Sequence record: NC_054915.1
DNA: 64,000 bases
Strand: one strand, 5' to 3'
Source of the DNA: Escherichia phage vB_EcoM_G8
Shown here: positions 1 through 13,538 of the stretch, piece by piece
Position numbering within the stretch: the stretch's first letter is position 1
How the letters are laid out: each line of letters starts with the position of its first letter
The notes under the pieces: generated by a model
Told to the model about the DNA's origin: nothing
Database searches by the model: none
What the model saw: only the letters and a program-made list of their open reading frames with translations
Program-made: the position numbers and the translations under genes

Positions 1-1412
<1,412 letters not shown>

Positions 1413-1440
1413 TATTAAAGCATATTAAAGAGGATTAAAA

Positions 1441-3420
1441 ATGACTTTATTATCTCCGGGCATTGAGCTCAAAGAAACTACGGTTCAAAGCACCGTGGTT
1501 AATAACTCTACTGGTACAGCAGCTTTGGCCGGTAAATTCCAGTGGGGTCCTGCTTTTCAGATTAAACAGGTTACAAACGAAGTAGATTTAGTTAATACTT
1601 TTGGTCAACCAACCGCTGAAACTGCTGACTATTTTATGTCTGCGATGAATTTCTTGCAGTACGGAAATGACTTACGAGTAGTTCGTGCTGTCGATAGAGA
1701 TACCGCTAAAAACTCATCTCCGATTGCCGGTAATATTGAATACACTATTTCTACCCCAGGTAGTAACTACGCGGTTGGAGATAAAATCACTGTCAAATAT
1801 GTTTCAGATGATATTGAAACTGAAGGTAAAATTACTGAAGTAGACGCAGATGGAAAAATTAAGAAAATTAATATTCCTACTGCAAAAATTATCGCTAAAG
1901 CGAAAGAAGTCGGTGAATATCCAACACTAGGTTCTAACTGGACTGCAGAAATTTCTTCCTCTTCCTCTGGTTTAGCTGCAGTAATAACTCTTGGAAAAAT
2001 TATTACTGATTCTGGTATTTTATTAGCTGAAATTGAAAATGCTGAAGCTGCTATGACAGCTGTTGACTTTCAAGCAAGTCTCGAAAAATATGGAATTCCA
2101 GGAGTAGTAGCTCTTTATCCAGGCGAATTAGGCGATAAAATTGAAATTGAAATCGTATCTAAAGCTGACTACGCAAAAGGAGCTTCTGCATTACTCCCAA
2201 TTTATCCGGGCGGTGGTACTCGTGCATCTACTGCTAAAGCAGTGTTTGGATATGGACCGCAAACTGATTCGCAGTACGCTATTATAGTTCGTCGTAATGA
2301 TGCTATTGTTCAAAGCGTTGTTCTTTCAACTAAGCGTGGTGAAAAAGATATTTACGATAGTAACATCTATATCGATGACTTTTTCGCAAAAGGCGGCTCA
2401 GAATATATTTTCGCAACTGCACAAAACTGGCCAGAAGGCTTCTCTGGAATTTTAACTCTGTCTGGTGGATTATCATCAAATGCTGAAGTAACAGCAGGAG
2501 ATTTGATGGAAGCTTGGGACTTCTTTGCTGACCGTGAATCTGTTGACGTTCAACTGTTTATTGCGGGTTCTTGTGCCGGTGAATCTTTAGAAACAGCATC
2601 TACTGTCCAAAAACACGTCGTTTCAATCGGGGATGCTCGCCAAGATTGCTTAGTATTGTGCTCTCCTCCGCGTGAAACTGTAGTTGGAATTCCTGTAACT
2701 CGTGCAGTAGATAATTTAGTTAACTGGAGAACTGCAGCAGGTTCATACACTGATAATAACTTTAATATCAGTTCAACCTACGCAGCAATCGACGGCAACT
2801 ACAAATATCAGTATGACAAATATAATGATGTGAATCGTTGGGTTCCATTAGCAGCTGATATTGCTGGTTTATGCGCAAGAACTGATAACGTATCTCAGAC
2901 TTGGATGTCTCCAGCTGGTTATAATCGTGGTCAGATTCTTAACGTTATTAAACTGGCTATTGAAACTCGCCAGGCTCAGCGCGACCGTTTATACCAAGAA
3001 GCTATCAACCCAGTAACTGGTACAGGTGGTGATGGTTACGTATTGTATGGTGATAAAACAGCTACTTCTGTTCCTTCTCCATTTGATCGTATTAACGTTC
3101 GTCGTCTGTTTAATATGTTGAAAACGAATATCGGACGTAGTTCAAAATATCGTTTGTTCGAATTAAACAACGCGTTTACTCGTTCATCATTCCGCACAGA
3201 AACTGCCCAGTACTTACAGGGAATTAAAGCTCTCGGTGGAATTTATGAATATCGTGTAGTTTGCGATACAACAAATAACACTCCGTCAGTAATTGATAGA
3301 AATGAGTTTGTTGCAACATTCTACATCCAACCTGCACGCAGTATAAATTATATCCAACTTAACTTCGTTGCGACTGCTACTGGTGCAGATTTCGATGAGT
3401 TGACTGGTCTTGCAGGTTAA
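1441..3420 (+). CDS. 18: tail sheath protein gp18
   Basis: 659 aa ORF, ATG after AAAGAGG; length and sequence T4 gp18-like; follows gene 17 as in T4. Confidence 0.93.
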   Translation: MTLLSPGIELKETTVQSTVVNNSTGTAALAGKFQWGPAFQIKQVTNEVDLVNTFGQPTAETADYFMSAMNFLQYGNDLRVVRAVDRDTAKNSSPIAGNIEYTISTPGSNYAVGDKITVKYVSDDIETEGKITEVDADGKIKKINIPTAKIIAKAKEVGEYPTLGSNWTAEISSSSSGLAAVITLGKIITDSGILLAEIENAEAAMTAVDFQASLEKYGIPGVVALYPGELGDKIEIEIVSKADYAKGASALLPIYPGGGTRASTAKAVFGYGPQTDSQYAIIVRRNDAIVQSVVLSTKRGEKDIYDSNIYIDDFFAKGGSEYIFATAQNWPEGFSGILTLSGGLSSNAEVTAGDLMEAWDFFADRESVDVQLFIAGSCAGESLETASTVQKHVVSIGDARQDCLVLCSPPRETVVGIPVTRAVDNLVNWRTAAGSYTDNNFNISSTYAAIDGNYKYQYDKYNDVNRWVPLAADIAGLCARTDNVSQTWMSPAGYNRGQILNVIKLAIETRQAQRDRLYQEAINPVTGTGGDGYVLYGDKTATSVPSPFDRINVRRLFNMLKTNIGRSSKYRLFELNNAFTRSSFRTETAQYLQGIKALGGIYEYRVVCDTTNNTPSVIDRNEFVATFYIQPARSINYIQLNFVATATGADFDELTGLAG

Positions 3421-3436
3421 TACGGTGCATTCTAAA

Positions 3437-3454
3437 GGCCTGTTTCGGCAGGCC
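3437..3454 (+). terminator. stem-loop after gene 18 (no U-tract)
   Basis: GGCCTG-TTTCGG-CAGGCC. Confidence 0.4.
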
Positions 3455-3455
3455 A

Positions 3456-3463
3456 TATAAATA
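3456..3463 (+). promoter_or_regulatory. late promoter TATAAATA (gene 19, distal)
   Basis: Exact TATAAATA in 18-19 intergenic region. Confidence 0.6.
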
Positions 3464-3514
3464 CACTATATCCTTAATTCTTTAATTCTATATGCCCTAG
3501 GTTAAACATAGGGA

Positions 3515-3522
3515 TATAAATA
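3515..3522 (+). promoter_or_regulatory. late promoter TATAAATA (gene 19, proximal)
   Basis: Exact TATAAATA 15 nt upstream of gene 19 ATG. Confidence 0.7.
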
Positions 3523-3536
3523 CTACAGAGGCTAAT

Positions 3537-4028
3537 ATGTTTGTAGATGATGTAACACGCGCGTTTGAATCGGGTGATTTTGCGCGACCTAACTTATTCC
3601 AAGTAGAAATTTCTTATCTTGGACAAAATTTTACGTTTCAATGTAAAGCCACTGCTTTACCAGCTGGTATTGTAGAAAAAATTCCAGTCGGATTTATGAA
3701 CCGTAAAATTAACGTAGCAGGCGATCGTACATTCGATGACTGGACCGTTACAGTAATGAACGATGAGGCACATGATGCTCGCCAGAAGTTCGTTGATTGG
3801 CAAAGCATTGCTGCGGGGCAAGGAAACGAAATTACTGGTGGAAAACCTGCAGAGTATAAAAAGAGCGCTATCGTTCGTCAATATGCTCGTGACGCTAAAA
3901 CAGTAACAAAAGAAATTGAAATTAAAGGTCTGTGGCCTACTAACGTGGGTGAACTTCAATTAGATTGGGATTCAAACAATGAAATCCAAACCTTTGAAGT
4001 AACTCTTGCTCTCGATTATTGGGAATAA
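3537..4028 (+). CDS. 19: tail tube protein gp19
   Basis: 163 aa ORF MFVDDVTRAFESGDF…; T4 gp19 length and position. Confidence 0.93.
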   Translation: MFVDDVTRAFESGDFARPNLFQVEISYLGQNFTFQCKATALPAGIVEKIPVGFMNRKINVAGDRTFDDWTVTVMNDEAHDARQKFVDWQSIAAGQGNEITGGKPAEYKKSAIVRQYARDAKTVTKEIEIKGLWPTNVGELQLDWDSNNEIQTFEVTLALDYWE

Positions 4029-4035
4029 AATGAAT

Positions 4036-4049
4036 GGGGAGAAATCCCC
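4036..4049 (+). terminator. GNRA-tetraloop hairpin after gene 19
   Basis: GGGGA-GAAA-TCCCC. Confidence 0.4.
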
Positions 4050-4060
4050 ATCCTGCTTAA

Positions 4061-5685
<1,625 letters not shown>

Positions 5686-5686
<1 letters not shown>

Positions 5687-5925
5687 TGGAAGGTTTAATT
5701 GAAGCTATTAAATCAAACGACCTCGTAGCCGCTCGTAAATTATTTGCTGAAGCCATGGCTGCAAGAACGATTGATTTAATTAAAGAAGAAAAAATCGCTA
5801 TCGCTCGTAATTTCTTAATCGAAGGTGAAGAACCTGAAGACGAGGATGATGACGAAGACGAAGATAGTGATGATAAAGACGACAAAAAAGACGAAGACTC
5901 TGACGAAGACGAGGATGATGAATAA
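5686..5925 (+). CDS. 67: prohead core protein gp67 with acidic C-terminal tail
   Basis: 79 aa; ATGA overlap with gene 20 stop; C-terminus is an Asp/Glu run ([29 protein letters not shown]). Confidence 0.85.
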
Positions 5926-6350
5926 TGCTTCTGATCCCTGAAACTCATGAATTAGTTCTCGAGAATGTCGAAGCACTTATTCCTGAAGCACAGGGTCGCT
6001 TTGACGAATTGTCTTCTGCTTTAAATAAAGACGATATAAATACAATTGTCGAGAATATGCTTGATGATGAAACTGATTTAGCGGTTGCATTAGCTTCTAT
6101 TAATGAAAATATGCCGTTAAATGAATTCATCGTTAAACATGTTTCTGCCCGTGGTGAAATTACTCGCACTAAAGATCGCAAAACCCGCGAACGTAATGCA
6201 TTTCAAACTACCGGGTTGTCTAAAGCAAAACGTAGACAAATTGCTCGTAAAGCTACCAAAACGAAGATTGCCAATCCAGCAGGTCAATCTCGTGCTCAGC
6301 GTAAGCGTAAAAAAGCTCTTAAACGCCGTAAAGCATTAGGATTAAGCTAA
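5925..6350 (+). CDS. 68: prohead core protein gp68
   Basis: 141 aa, overlapping starts/stops with 67 and 21; basic C-terminus. Confidence 0.85.
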
Positions 6351-6988
6351 TGAATGAACCCCAATTACTAATTGAAACTTGGGGTCAACCTGGCGAAATT
6401 ATTGATGGCGTACCAATGCTTGAATCTCATGATGGAAAAGACTTAGGTTTAAAACCTGGTTTATACATCGAAGGAATATTCATGCAAGCGGAAGTCGTCA
6501 ATAGAAATAAACGTCTTTATCCAAAACGTATATTAGAAAAAGCGGTAAAAGACTATATTAATGAGCAAGTTTTAACTAAACAAGCTCTCGGAGAATTAAA
6601 TCATCCTCCACGCGCTAATGTTGACCCGATGCAAGCCGCTATCATTATAGAAGATATGTGGTGGAAAGGAAATGACGTATACGGACGAGCTCGTGTTATT
6701 GAAGGTGACCACGGTCCTGGAGATAAATTAGCAGCTAATATTCGTGCCGGATGGATTCCAGGAGTTTCTTCTCGTGGATTAGGTTCATTGACTGACACAA
6801 ATAAAGGTTATCGTATCGTAAACGAAGGATTCAAATTAACTGTAGGTGTTGATGCAGTATGGGGTCCAAGTGCTCCAGATGCATGGGTAACTCCTAAGGA
6901 AATTACCGAATCACAGACGGCGGAAGCCGATACAAGTGCCGATGACGCCTATATGGCTCTCGCAGAGGCCATGAAAAAAGCGTTATAA
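6350..6988 (+). CDS. 21: prohead core scaffold protease gp21
   Basis: 212 aa ORF in T4 gp21 position between 68 and 22. Confidence 0.9.
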   Translation: MNEPQLLIETWGQPGEIIDGVPMLESHDGKDLGLKPGLYIEGIFMQAEVVNRNKRLYPKRILEKAVKDYINEQVLTKQALGELNHPPRANVDPMQAAIIIEDMWWKGNDVYGRARVIEGDHGPGDKLAANIRAGWIPGVSSRGLGSLTDTNKGYRIVNEGFKLTVGVDAVWGPSAPDAWVTPKEITESQTAEADTSADDAYMALAEAMKKAL

Positions 6989-6991
6989 ATA
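6984..6991 (+). promoter_or_regulatory. late promoter TATAAATA (gene 22)
   Basis: Exact motif overlapping gene 21 stop. Confidence 0.65.
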
Positions 6992-7018
6992 TTATTATCT
7001 AAACAACAGGACTACAAA

Positions 7019-7828
7019 ATGCTTAAAGAACAACTGATTGCTGAAGCGCAGAAAATTGATGCTTCCGTTGCTCTTGATAGTATTTTCGAATCAGTTAATA
7101 TTTCTCCGGAAGCAAAAGAAACTTTCGGCACTGTATTCGAAGCTACCGTCAAGCAGCACGCCGTTAAATTAGCTGAATCTCATATCGCTAAAATTGCTGA
7201 AAAAGCAGAAGAAGAAGTAGAAAAAAATAAAGAAGAAGCAGAAGAAAAAGCTGAGAAGAAAATCGCTGAGCAAGCTTCTAAATTCCTTGACCATCTTGCA
7301 AAAGAATGGCTCACTGAAAATAAATTAGCAGTAGATAAAGGCATCAAAGCCGAACTGTTTGAATCCATGCTTGGTGGATTGAAAGAGCTCTTCGTTGAAC
7401 ACAACGTTGTTGTTCCAGAAGAATCAGTTGATGTTGTAGCTGAAATGGAAGAAGAACTGCAAGAACATAAAGAAGAATCAGCTCGTCTGTTCGAAGAACT
7501 CAATAAGCGTGACGCATATATCAATTATGTGCAGCGTGAAGTGGCATTGAGCGAAAGTACTAAAGATCTGACTGAGTCTCAAAAAGAAAAAGTCTCTGCT
7601 CTGGTCGAAGGTATGGATTATTCAGATGCATTCTCAAGTAAATTGAGTGCAATCGTAGAAATGGTGAAGAAATCTAATAAAGATGAAAGCACTATTACTG
7701 AGAGTATAAATACTCCTGATACTGAAGCAGCCGGACTAAATTTCGTCACTGAAGCTGTAGAAGATAAAGCTGCACAGGGTGCAGAAGATATTGTAAGTGT
7801 ATATGCGAAAGTCGCATCTCGTTTCTAA
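7019..7828 (+). CDS. 22: prohead core scaffold protein gp22
   Basis: 269 aa, Glu/Lys-rich predicted coiled coil, directly upstream of major capsid gene. Confidence 0.9.
   Translation: MLKEQLIAEAQKIDASVALDSIFESVNISPEAKETFGTVFEATVKQHAVKLAESHIAKIAEKAEEEVEKNKEEAEEKAEKKIAEQASKFLDHLAKEWLTENKLAVDKGIKAELFESMLGGLKELFVEHNVVVPEESVDVVAEMEEELQEHKEESARLFEELNKRDAYINYVQREVALSESTKDLTESQKEKVSALVEGMDYSDAFSSKLSAIVEMVKKSNKDESTITESINTPDTEAAGLNFVTEAVEDKAAQGAEDIVSVYAKVASRF
7705..7712 (+). promoter_or_regulatory. late promoter TATAAATA inside 3' end of gene 22 (gene 23)
   Basis: Exact motif 135 nt upstream of gene 23 ATG. Confidence 0.6.
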
Positions 7829-7846
7829 TTTTAAAGGTTAACACAA

Positions 7847-9412
7847 ATGACTATCAAAACTAAAGCTGAACTTTTGAACAAATGGAAGCCATTACTGGAA
7901 GGTGAAGGTTTACCGGAAATTGCTAATAGCAAACAAGCGATTATCGCTAAAATCTTTGAAAACCAGGAAAAAGATTTCCAGACAGCTCCGGAATATAAAG
8001 ACGAAAAAATTGCTCAGGCATTCGGTCCTTTCTTAACAGAAGCTGAAATCGGTGGTGACCACGGTTACAATGCTACCAACATCGCTGCAGGTCAGACTTC
8101 TGGCGCAGTAACTCAGATTGGCCCAGCTGTTATGGGTATGGTACGTCGTGCTATTCCTAACCTGATTGCTTTCGATATTTGTGGTGTTCAGCCGATAAAC
8201 AGCCCGACTGGCCAGGTATTCGCAATGCGTGCAGTATACGGTAAAGACCCAATCGCTTCCGGTGCTAAAGAAGCATTCCACCCAATGTATGGTCCAGATG
8301 CAATGTTCTCTGGTCAAGGTGCTGCTAAGAAATTCCCGGCTCTGGCTGCTAGCACACAAACCGTTGTAGGTGATATCTATACTCACTTCTTCCAGGAAAC
8401 TGGTACTGTATATCTGCAAGCTTCCGCTGTAGTAACAATCGATGCTAGTGCTAGTGATGCAGCTAAATTAGATGCTGAAATTAAGAAACAAATGGAAGCT
8501 GGTGTACTGGTAGAAATCGCTGAAGGTATGGCTACTTCTATCGCTGAACTCCAGGAAGGTTTCAATGGTTCTACCGATAACCCATGGAATGAAATGGGCT
8601 TCCGTATCGATAAACAAGTTATCGAAGCTAAATCTCGCCAGCTGAAAGCTGCTTACTCTATCGAATTAGCACAAGACCTCCGCGCTGTTCACGGTATGGA
8701 TGCTGACGCTGAACTGTCTGGTATTCTGGCTACAGAAATTATGCTGGAAATCAACCGTGAAGTAGTTGATTGGATTAACTACTCCGCTCAGGTTGGTAAA
8801 TCTGGTATGACCCTGACTCCGGGTTCTAAAGCTGGTGTATTTGACTTCCAGGACCCAATCGATATTCGTGGTGCTCGCTGGGCAGGTGAATCCTTTAAAG
8901 CTCTGTTGTTCCAGATTGACAAAGAAGCAGTTGAAATTGCTCGTCAGACCGGTCGTGGTGAAGGTAACTTCATTATCGCTTCCCGTAACGTAGTTAACGT
9001 TCTGGCTTCAGTTGATACCGGCATTTCTTATGCTGCACAAGGTCTGGCAACCAGCTTTAACACTGATACTACCAAGTCAGTATTTGCTGGTGTTCTGGGT
9101 GGTAAATACCGTGTATATATCGACCAGTATGCTAAACAGGATTATTTCACTGTAGGTTATAAAGGTCCGAACGAAATGGATGCTGGTATTTACTATGCTC
9201 CATATGTAGCTCTGACTCCGCTGCGTGGTTCCGATCCGAAGAACTTCCAACCGGTAATGGGATTCAAAACTCGTTACGGTATCGGTATCAACCCATTTGC
9301 AGAATCCGCTGCTCAGGCTCCGGCTTCTCGCATCCAGAGCGGTATGCCTTCTATTCTGAATAGCCTTGGTAAAAACGCTTACTTCCGCCGTGTATATGTT
9401 AAAGGTATCTAA
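7847..9412 (+). CDS. 23: major capsid protein gp23
   Basis: 521 aa MTIKTKAELLNKWKPLLEGEG…RRVYVKGI; T4 gp23 length and hallmark N-terminus. Confidence 0.95.
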   Translation: MTIKTKAELLNKWKPLLEGEGLPEIANSKQAIIAKIFENQEKDFQTAPEYKDEKIAQAFGPFLTEAEIGGDHGYNATNIAAGQTSGAVTQIGPAVMGMVRRAIPNLIAFDICGVQPINSPTGQVFAMRAVYGKDPIASGAKEAFHPMYGPDAMFSGQGAAKKFPALAASTQTVVGDIYTHFFQETGTVYLQASAVVTIDASASDAAKLDAEIKKQMEAGVLVEIAEGMATSIAELQEGFNGSTDNPWNEMGFRIDKQVIEAKSRQLKAAYSIELAQDLRAVHGMDADAELSGILATEIMLEINREVVDWINYSAQVGKSGMTLTPGSKAGVFDFQDPIDIRGARWAGESFKALLFQIDKEAVEIARQTGRGEGNFIIASRNVVNVLASVDTGISYAAQGLATSFNTDTTKSVFAGVLGGKYRVYIDQYAKQDYFTVGYKGPNEMDAGIYYAPYVALTPLRGSDPKNFQPVMGFKTRYGIGINPFAESAAQAPASRIQSGMPSILNSLGKNAYFRRVYVKGI

Positions 9413-9427
9413 TCTTTGACGATTTAA

Positions 9428-9456
9428 GGGACCTTCGGGTCCCTTTAGTTGTTTTT
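9428..9456 (+). terminator. intrinsic terminator after gene 23
   Basis: GGGACC-TTCG-GGTCCC followed by TTTAGTTGTTTTT. Confidence 0.7.
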
Positions 9457-9460
9457 ATGG

Positions 9461-9468
9461 TATAAATA
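9461..9468 (+). promoter_or_regulatory. late promoter TATAAATA (gene 24)
   Basis: Exact motif between gene 23 terminator and gene 24. Confidence 0.7.
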
Positions 9469-9495
9469 AATCATATAAACCAAAAGGAAAGCGCA

Positions 9496-10779
9496 ATGGC
9501 TAAAATCAACGAACTTCTGCGCGAATCAACCACAACGAATAGCAACTCAATCGGTCGCCCAAATCTCGTTGCTTTGACTCGCGCTACCACTAAATTAATA
9601 TATTCTGACATTGTAGCAACGCAAAGAACTAATCAACCTGTTGCTGCTTTTTATGGTATCAAATACCTTAATCCAGACAATGAATTTACATTTAAAACTG
9701 GTGCTACTTATGCTGGCGAAGCTGGATATGTAGACCGAGAACAAATCACAGAATTAACAGAAGAGTCTAAATTAACTCTCAATAAAGGCGATTTATTCAA
9801 ATATAATAATATCGTTTATAAAGTATTAGAAGATACACCATTTGCTGATATTGAAGAAAGCGATTTAGAATTGGCTCTTCAGATTGCAATTGTTCTTTTA
9901 AAGGTTCGTCTATTTTCTGACGCAGCGTCAACAAGCAAATTTGAAAGCTCTGATAGTGAAATTGCGGATGCTAGATTCCAGATTAATAAATGGCAAACCG
10001 CAGTTAAATCTCGCAAACTTAAAACTGGTATCACAGTTGAATTAGCACAAGATTTAGAAGCAAATGGATTCGATGCTCCTAATTTCTTGGAAGATTTGCT
10101 TGCAACTGAAATGGCAGATGAAATCAATAAAGATATTCTGCAGTCTTTGATTACAGTATCAAAACGTTATAAAGTTACAGGAATTACTGATACTGGATTC
10201 ATTGATTTGAGTTATGCATCTGCACCTGAAGCTGGTCGTTCATTATACCGAATGGTATGTGAAATGGTTTCGCATATCCAAAAAGAATCAACTTATACAG
10301 CAACGTTCTGTGTTGCTTCTGCTCGTGCCGCCGCGATTCTTGCTGCATCAGGTTGGTTAAAACATAAACCAGAAGATGATAAATATCTTTCACAAAATGC
10401 CTATGGGTTTTTAGCTAATGGATTACCTCTTTACTGCGATACCAACAGTCCGTTAGATTATGTTATTGTGGGTGTTGTAGAAAATATCGGCGAAAAAGAA
10501 ATTGTAGGGTCCATCTTTTATGCTCCATACACTGAAGGAGTAGATTTAGATGACCCGGAACATGTCGGTGCATTTAAAGTTGTAGTTGATCCGGAAAGTT
10601 TGCAACCGTCTATCGGTTTATTAGTTAGATATGCTTTATCAGCAAATCCTTATACCGTAGCAAAAGATGAAAAAGAAGCAAGAGTAATTGACGGTGGAGA
10701 CATGGATAAAATGGCGGGTCGTTCAGATTTGTCTGTTTTATTAGGTGTTAAACTACCAAAAATTATCGTTGATGAATAA
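9496..10779 (+). CDS. 24: capsid vertex protein gp24 (gp23 paralog)
   Basis: 427 aa following gene 23 and a late promoter. Confidence 0.9.
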   Translation: MAKINELLRESTTTNSNSIGRPNLVALTRATTKLIYSDIVATQRTNQPVAAFYGIKYLNPDNEFTFKTGATYAGEAGYVDREQITELTEESKLTLNKGDLFKYNNIVYKVLEDTPFADIEESDLELALQIAIVLLKVRLFSDAASTSKFESSDSEIADARFQINKWQTAVKSRKLKTGITVELAQDLEANGFDAPNFLEDLLATEMADEINKDILQSLITVSKRYKVTGITDTGFIDLSYASAPEAGRSLYRMVCEMVSHIQKESTYTATFCVASARAAAILAASGWLKHKPEDDKYLSQNAYGFLANGLPLYCDTNSPLDYVIVGVVENIGEKEIVGSIFYAPYTEGVDLDDPEHVGAFKVVVDPESLQPSIGLLVRYALSANPYTVAKDEKEARVIDGGDMDKMAGRSDLSVLLGVKLPKIIVDE

Positions 10780-10785
10780 AACAAA

Positions 10786-10810
10786 GGGACCAAAAGGTCC
10801 CTTTTTATTT
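10786..10810. terminator. bidirectional terminator between gene 24 and rnlB
   Basis: GGGACC-AAAA-GGTCCC with T-run on plus and A-run upstream. Confidence 0.7.
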
Positions 10811-11813
10811 AACTTACCAACTCAATCCAAGCTGGACGAAGTACATCTTGTACCATTTTAACTAATTCCTTCTTAATCAAAGAAGGATTATCTGCTTGAG
10901 TTAGAGTAATACCTTCACGAGAAGTTTCTTCCAAAATATCTTGAACAGTTAGTCCCATCACCTTTCCAAAATCTTTTGGACCAATTTCGCCAATTTTAGA
11001 AATAACGTTATTTACTCGGTTTAGTGTAACGTAACAAGCTAAAATCCCCACCAATTTGTTATCAGCTTCTGACAGTTCAACTTTAGCTTTAATAGGCTTA
11101 TCAGACTTTTTCTTTTCACTAAATTTAGAATTCTTGCATTTAATTGCTACACGATTGCGATTAGGCAGCCAAGAAGGATAACAAGGTTTCAATACATATC
11201 CTTCAGCGGTAAATACTTCGCCTTTTGCTTCGGCATTCCAAACGCATTTATTTGCATCAACTAATCCAGCATGGTCTACTGTAAAATTATAATCTTGGAC
11301 GACAGAATCTAAATCATTTGGCAATTTAATAAGCTCTTCAAATTTACCGCGACCTAAAAGTGGAGCCATTTTAAATTTAAATGTATTGCAGAATGATTCC
11401 ATCATATAATCGTCGACATAAGTCACATCGCCACTTTCTGTAGTGACAATAATGTCAAATACATAAAAATCTTTATCACCATAATCGACATTCTTCTGAA
11501 TGCCAGGTCCAGCGAATTCGCCAAAGACTTGATAAGATACAACCGCTGAGGTTTCCATAATATCTTGTACTGCTTTAATGGAATCAGCGTAATTCTTTAA
11601 AATAATTTCATACCCAAAGAAATCTTCAGCAGGAAGAATAGGACCAGTACGTTTAGCGCAAGTTACTTTATCACGCTCAATAATCAATGAGAAATTTGTG
11701 CCGTGAATCTTTTCACGAGCTACCCATTCGCCGCCAGTCAATCCCAAGCTATAAAGTTTTTCAATAAATTTAGAGTTGTAATGATTTTCAAGACTGCTAT
11801 ACTTTTTAAACAT
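10809..11813 (-). CDS. rnlB: RNA ligase 2 (Rnl2)
   Basis: 334 aa [20 protein letters not shown]…EKIHGTNFS; nucleotidyltransferase lysine motif KxHG; T4 Rnl2 length. Confidence 0.9.
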   Translation of the reverse strand: MFKKYSSLENHYNSKFIEKLYSLGLTGGEWVAREKIHGTNFSLIIERDKVTCAKRTGPILPAEDFFGYEIILKNYADSIKAVQDIMETSAVVSYQVFGEFAGPGIQKNVDYGDKDFYVFDIIVTTESGDVTYVDDYMMESFCNTFKFKMAPLLGRGKFEELIKLPNDLDSVVQDYNFTVDHAGLVDANKCVWNAEAKGEVFTAEGYVLKPCYPSWLPNRNRVAIKCKNSKFSEKKKSDKPIKAKVELSEADNKLVGILACYVTLNRVNNVISKIGEIGPKDFGKVMGLTVQDILEETSREGITLTQADNPSLIKKELVKMVQDVLRPAWIELVS

Positions 11814-11822
11814 AATTAATCC

Positions 11823-12101
11823 TCAAAATGTAATTTCTAACCAATCACCATCACGCTGATCACTATTAACTTTAAAGCTGAATCCTTCTTTTCTCAGCCA
11901 ATCACCAATTTCTTCAGTAATCAATTTATCGCGAGCAGTACAATAATAACTAAAATATGTTTTACCTTGTTCAGCTGCTTTATTAGCAAGTTCCGAAAAA
12001 TCTTTAATAAAACACTCTAGCTTAAACTGTTTACTTTTGAATGCTTTTTCGCGTAATTGATTAGCAAAAGATTCATTTTCATAAAGATCATACTGTTCCA
12101 T
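11823..12101 (-). CDS. 24.2: hypothetical protein (T4 24.2 position)
   Basis: 92 aa ORF; symbol assigned by synteny only. Confidence 0.6.
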   Translation of the reverse strand: MEQYDLYENESFANQLREKAFKSKQFKLECFIKDFSELANKAAEQGKTYFSYYCTARDKLITEEIGDWLRKEGFSFKVNSDQRDGDWLEITF

Positions 12102-12303
12102 TTTTCACCTTTTTATTAATATGTCTTTTTCTATAGACAACTTTTTCTCGAGTTTCAAATTTATTTTTAGCAGTCATAGCTCGAGCCCATAATACAGCCA
12201 CTTCTTTCGCCTGTAAATTTAATTCACGAGCAATTTCAATGAATGACTTTCCAGACTCATGGAGAGTAAACACCACAACCTCAGTTCTCATAATCAATCT
12301 CAT
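12088..12303 (-). CDS. 24.3: small protein with helix-turn-helix-like segment (T4 24.3 position)
   Basis: 71 aa; segment SGKSFIEIARELNLQAKEVAVLWARA resembles an HTH; alternative ATG at 12291. Confidence 0.55.
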   Translation of the reverse strand: MRLIMRTEVVVFTLHESGKSFIEIARELNLQAKEVAVLWARAMTAKNKFETREKVVYRKRHINKKVKNGTV

Positions 12304-12360
12304 GTTATCGGGTTGGTGCCATTATATACATCATTTTCTGATTGTGTTTTGTGTGCTTTC

Positions 12361-12386
12361 AAAATGAAGAAAGGGGCCGAAGCCCC
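12361..12386 (-). terminator. terminator after hoc
   Basis: Minus strand GGGGC-TTCG-GCCCC then TTTCTTCATTTT. Confidence 0.65.
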
Positions 12387-12392
12387 TTATGA

Positions 12393-13529
12393 TTATGGAT
12401 AGGTATAGATGATACCAGTTTCTAAAGCAGTTTTATGAATGATGTATCCATTACGCGATTCTTGGACATCAACTTCTGGATAATCTTTCATCATCTTCTG
12501 GAGAGTGTAACGATGCAAGTAGTACTTACTATCTGGATCGTCAGTTTTCCAATCTTTACCTTCTTCAGTCATTTTTTGGATTTCATCCATAACCCACCAA
12601 CCGCACCAGATATAAGCTGAAGTACGATGTGGAAGAGGATGAACATAAGGTAATTCACCTTCTGGTTCTGGAGCAACTTTATCAGTTACCTGAACTTGAC
12701 CTGTTGCTGTAATAGTTTTGCTATCATAATCAGCAGCAGTAACAGTTGCAGTAACTTCAATAGTTTGACTTCCAATAGATGAGGTATCAACGGTATATAC
12801 ATTAGTTGACCCTTCTACAGGAGAAGAATCTTTCTTCCATGAATAAGCAATTTGTGCTTCTTCTGGTGCGCCAGTAACATTAGCAGTAAATGTAGCCGAA
12901 GCATCTTGTTGAACGTTAATAGAAGGAGGAGTCAATGTAACCTGTGGATTCATTGTCTTCTTATTAACCGTTAATGATACTTCATTAGAAGTAACTTCTT
13001 TTGCATCATAATCTGTCGCGGTTACTTGAGCTACACACTTGATTTTTTTAACTCCACTTATAGTTGGAGTATAGCTAAATGTAGAGTTAGTTTCTCCACC
13101 AACTTGTGAATCATCTACATACCACTGATACGTAGCAGACGCTCCAACGGGTTGAGAAGCTAAGGCAGCAGTAAATTCAACAGCTGTTCCGATTACGCCA
13201 GCATCAGGGCTACCAGGAGTTACGGCTAAAGTAGTTGTTTGTGTCTTATTTTGAACTGTGATAGTTGTAGTAGCTTCTGCTGTTTCAGCTTCAGCTTCAG
13301 CTTCTGGAACTGTATTTGTTGCAACTACTTTAATAGTCTTTTGACCGGCAGGTCCTTTTAATACATAATTAAAAGTTGCTGACGTTTCTTCCTGTTGAAC
13401 ATTATCTACGCTCCAAGCATAGGTAATAGTTCCACCTCCAGTTTCACCACTGGGTGTAGCAGTAAACTGCTGAGTCTGATCTATAACTCCAGTAGGTGTT
13501 TTAGGAGTTATATCAACTGTAAAAGTCAT
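12393..13529 (-). CDS. hoc: highly immunogenic outer capsid protein Hoc
   Basis: 378 aa, Thr/Val-rich tandem Ig-like segments and C-terminal capsid-binding region; T4 hoc position. Confidence 0.88.
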   Translation of the reverse strand: MTFTVDITPKTPTGVIDQTQQFTATPSGETGGGTITYAWSVDNVQQEETSATFNYVLKGPAGQKTIKVVATNTVPEAEAEAETAEATTTITVQNKTQTTTLAVTPGSPDAGVIGTAVEFTAALASQPVGASATYQWYVDDSQVGGETNSTFSYTPTISGVKKIKCVAQVTATDYDAKEVTSNEVSLTVNKKTMNPQVTLTPPSINVQQDASATFTANVTGAPEEAQIAYSWKKDSSPVEGSTNVYTVDTSSIGSQTIEVTATVTAADYDSKTITATGQVQVTDKVAPEPEGELPYVHPLPHRTSAYIWCGWWVMDEIQKMTEEGKDWKTDDPDSKYYLHRYTLQKMMKDYPEVDVQESRNGYIIHKTALETGIIYTYP

Positions 13530-13538
13530 AAGTTATCC

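Noticed and set aside
7180-7524. 114-aa minus-strand Ser-rich ORF
   Set aside because: Antisense to the Glu/Lys-rich gene 22 coding sequence.
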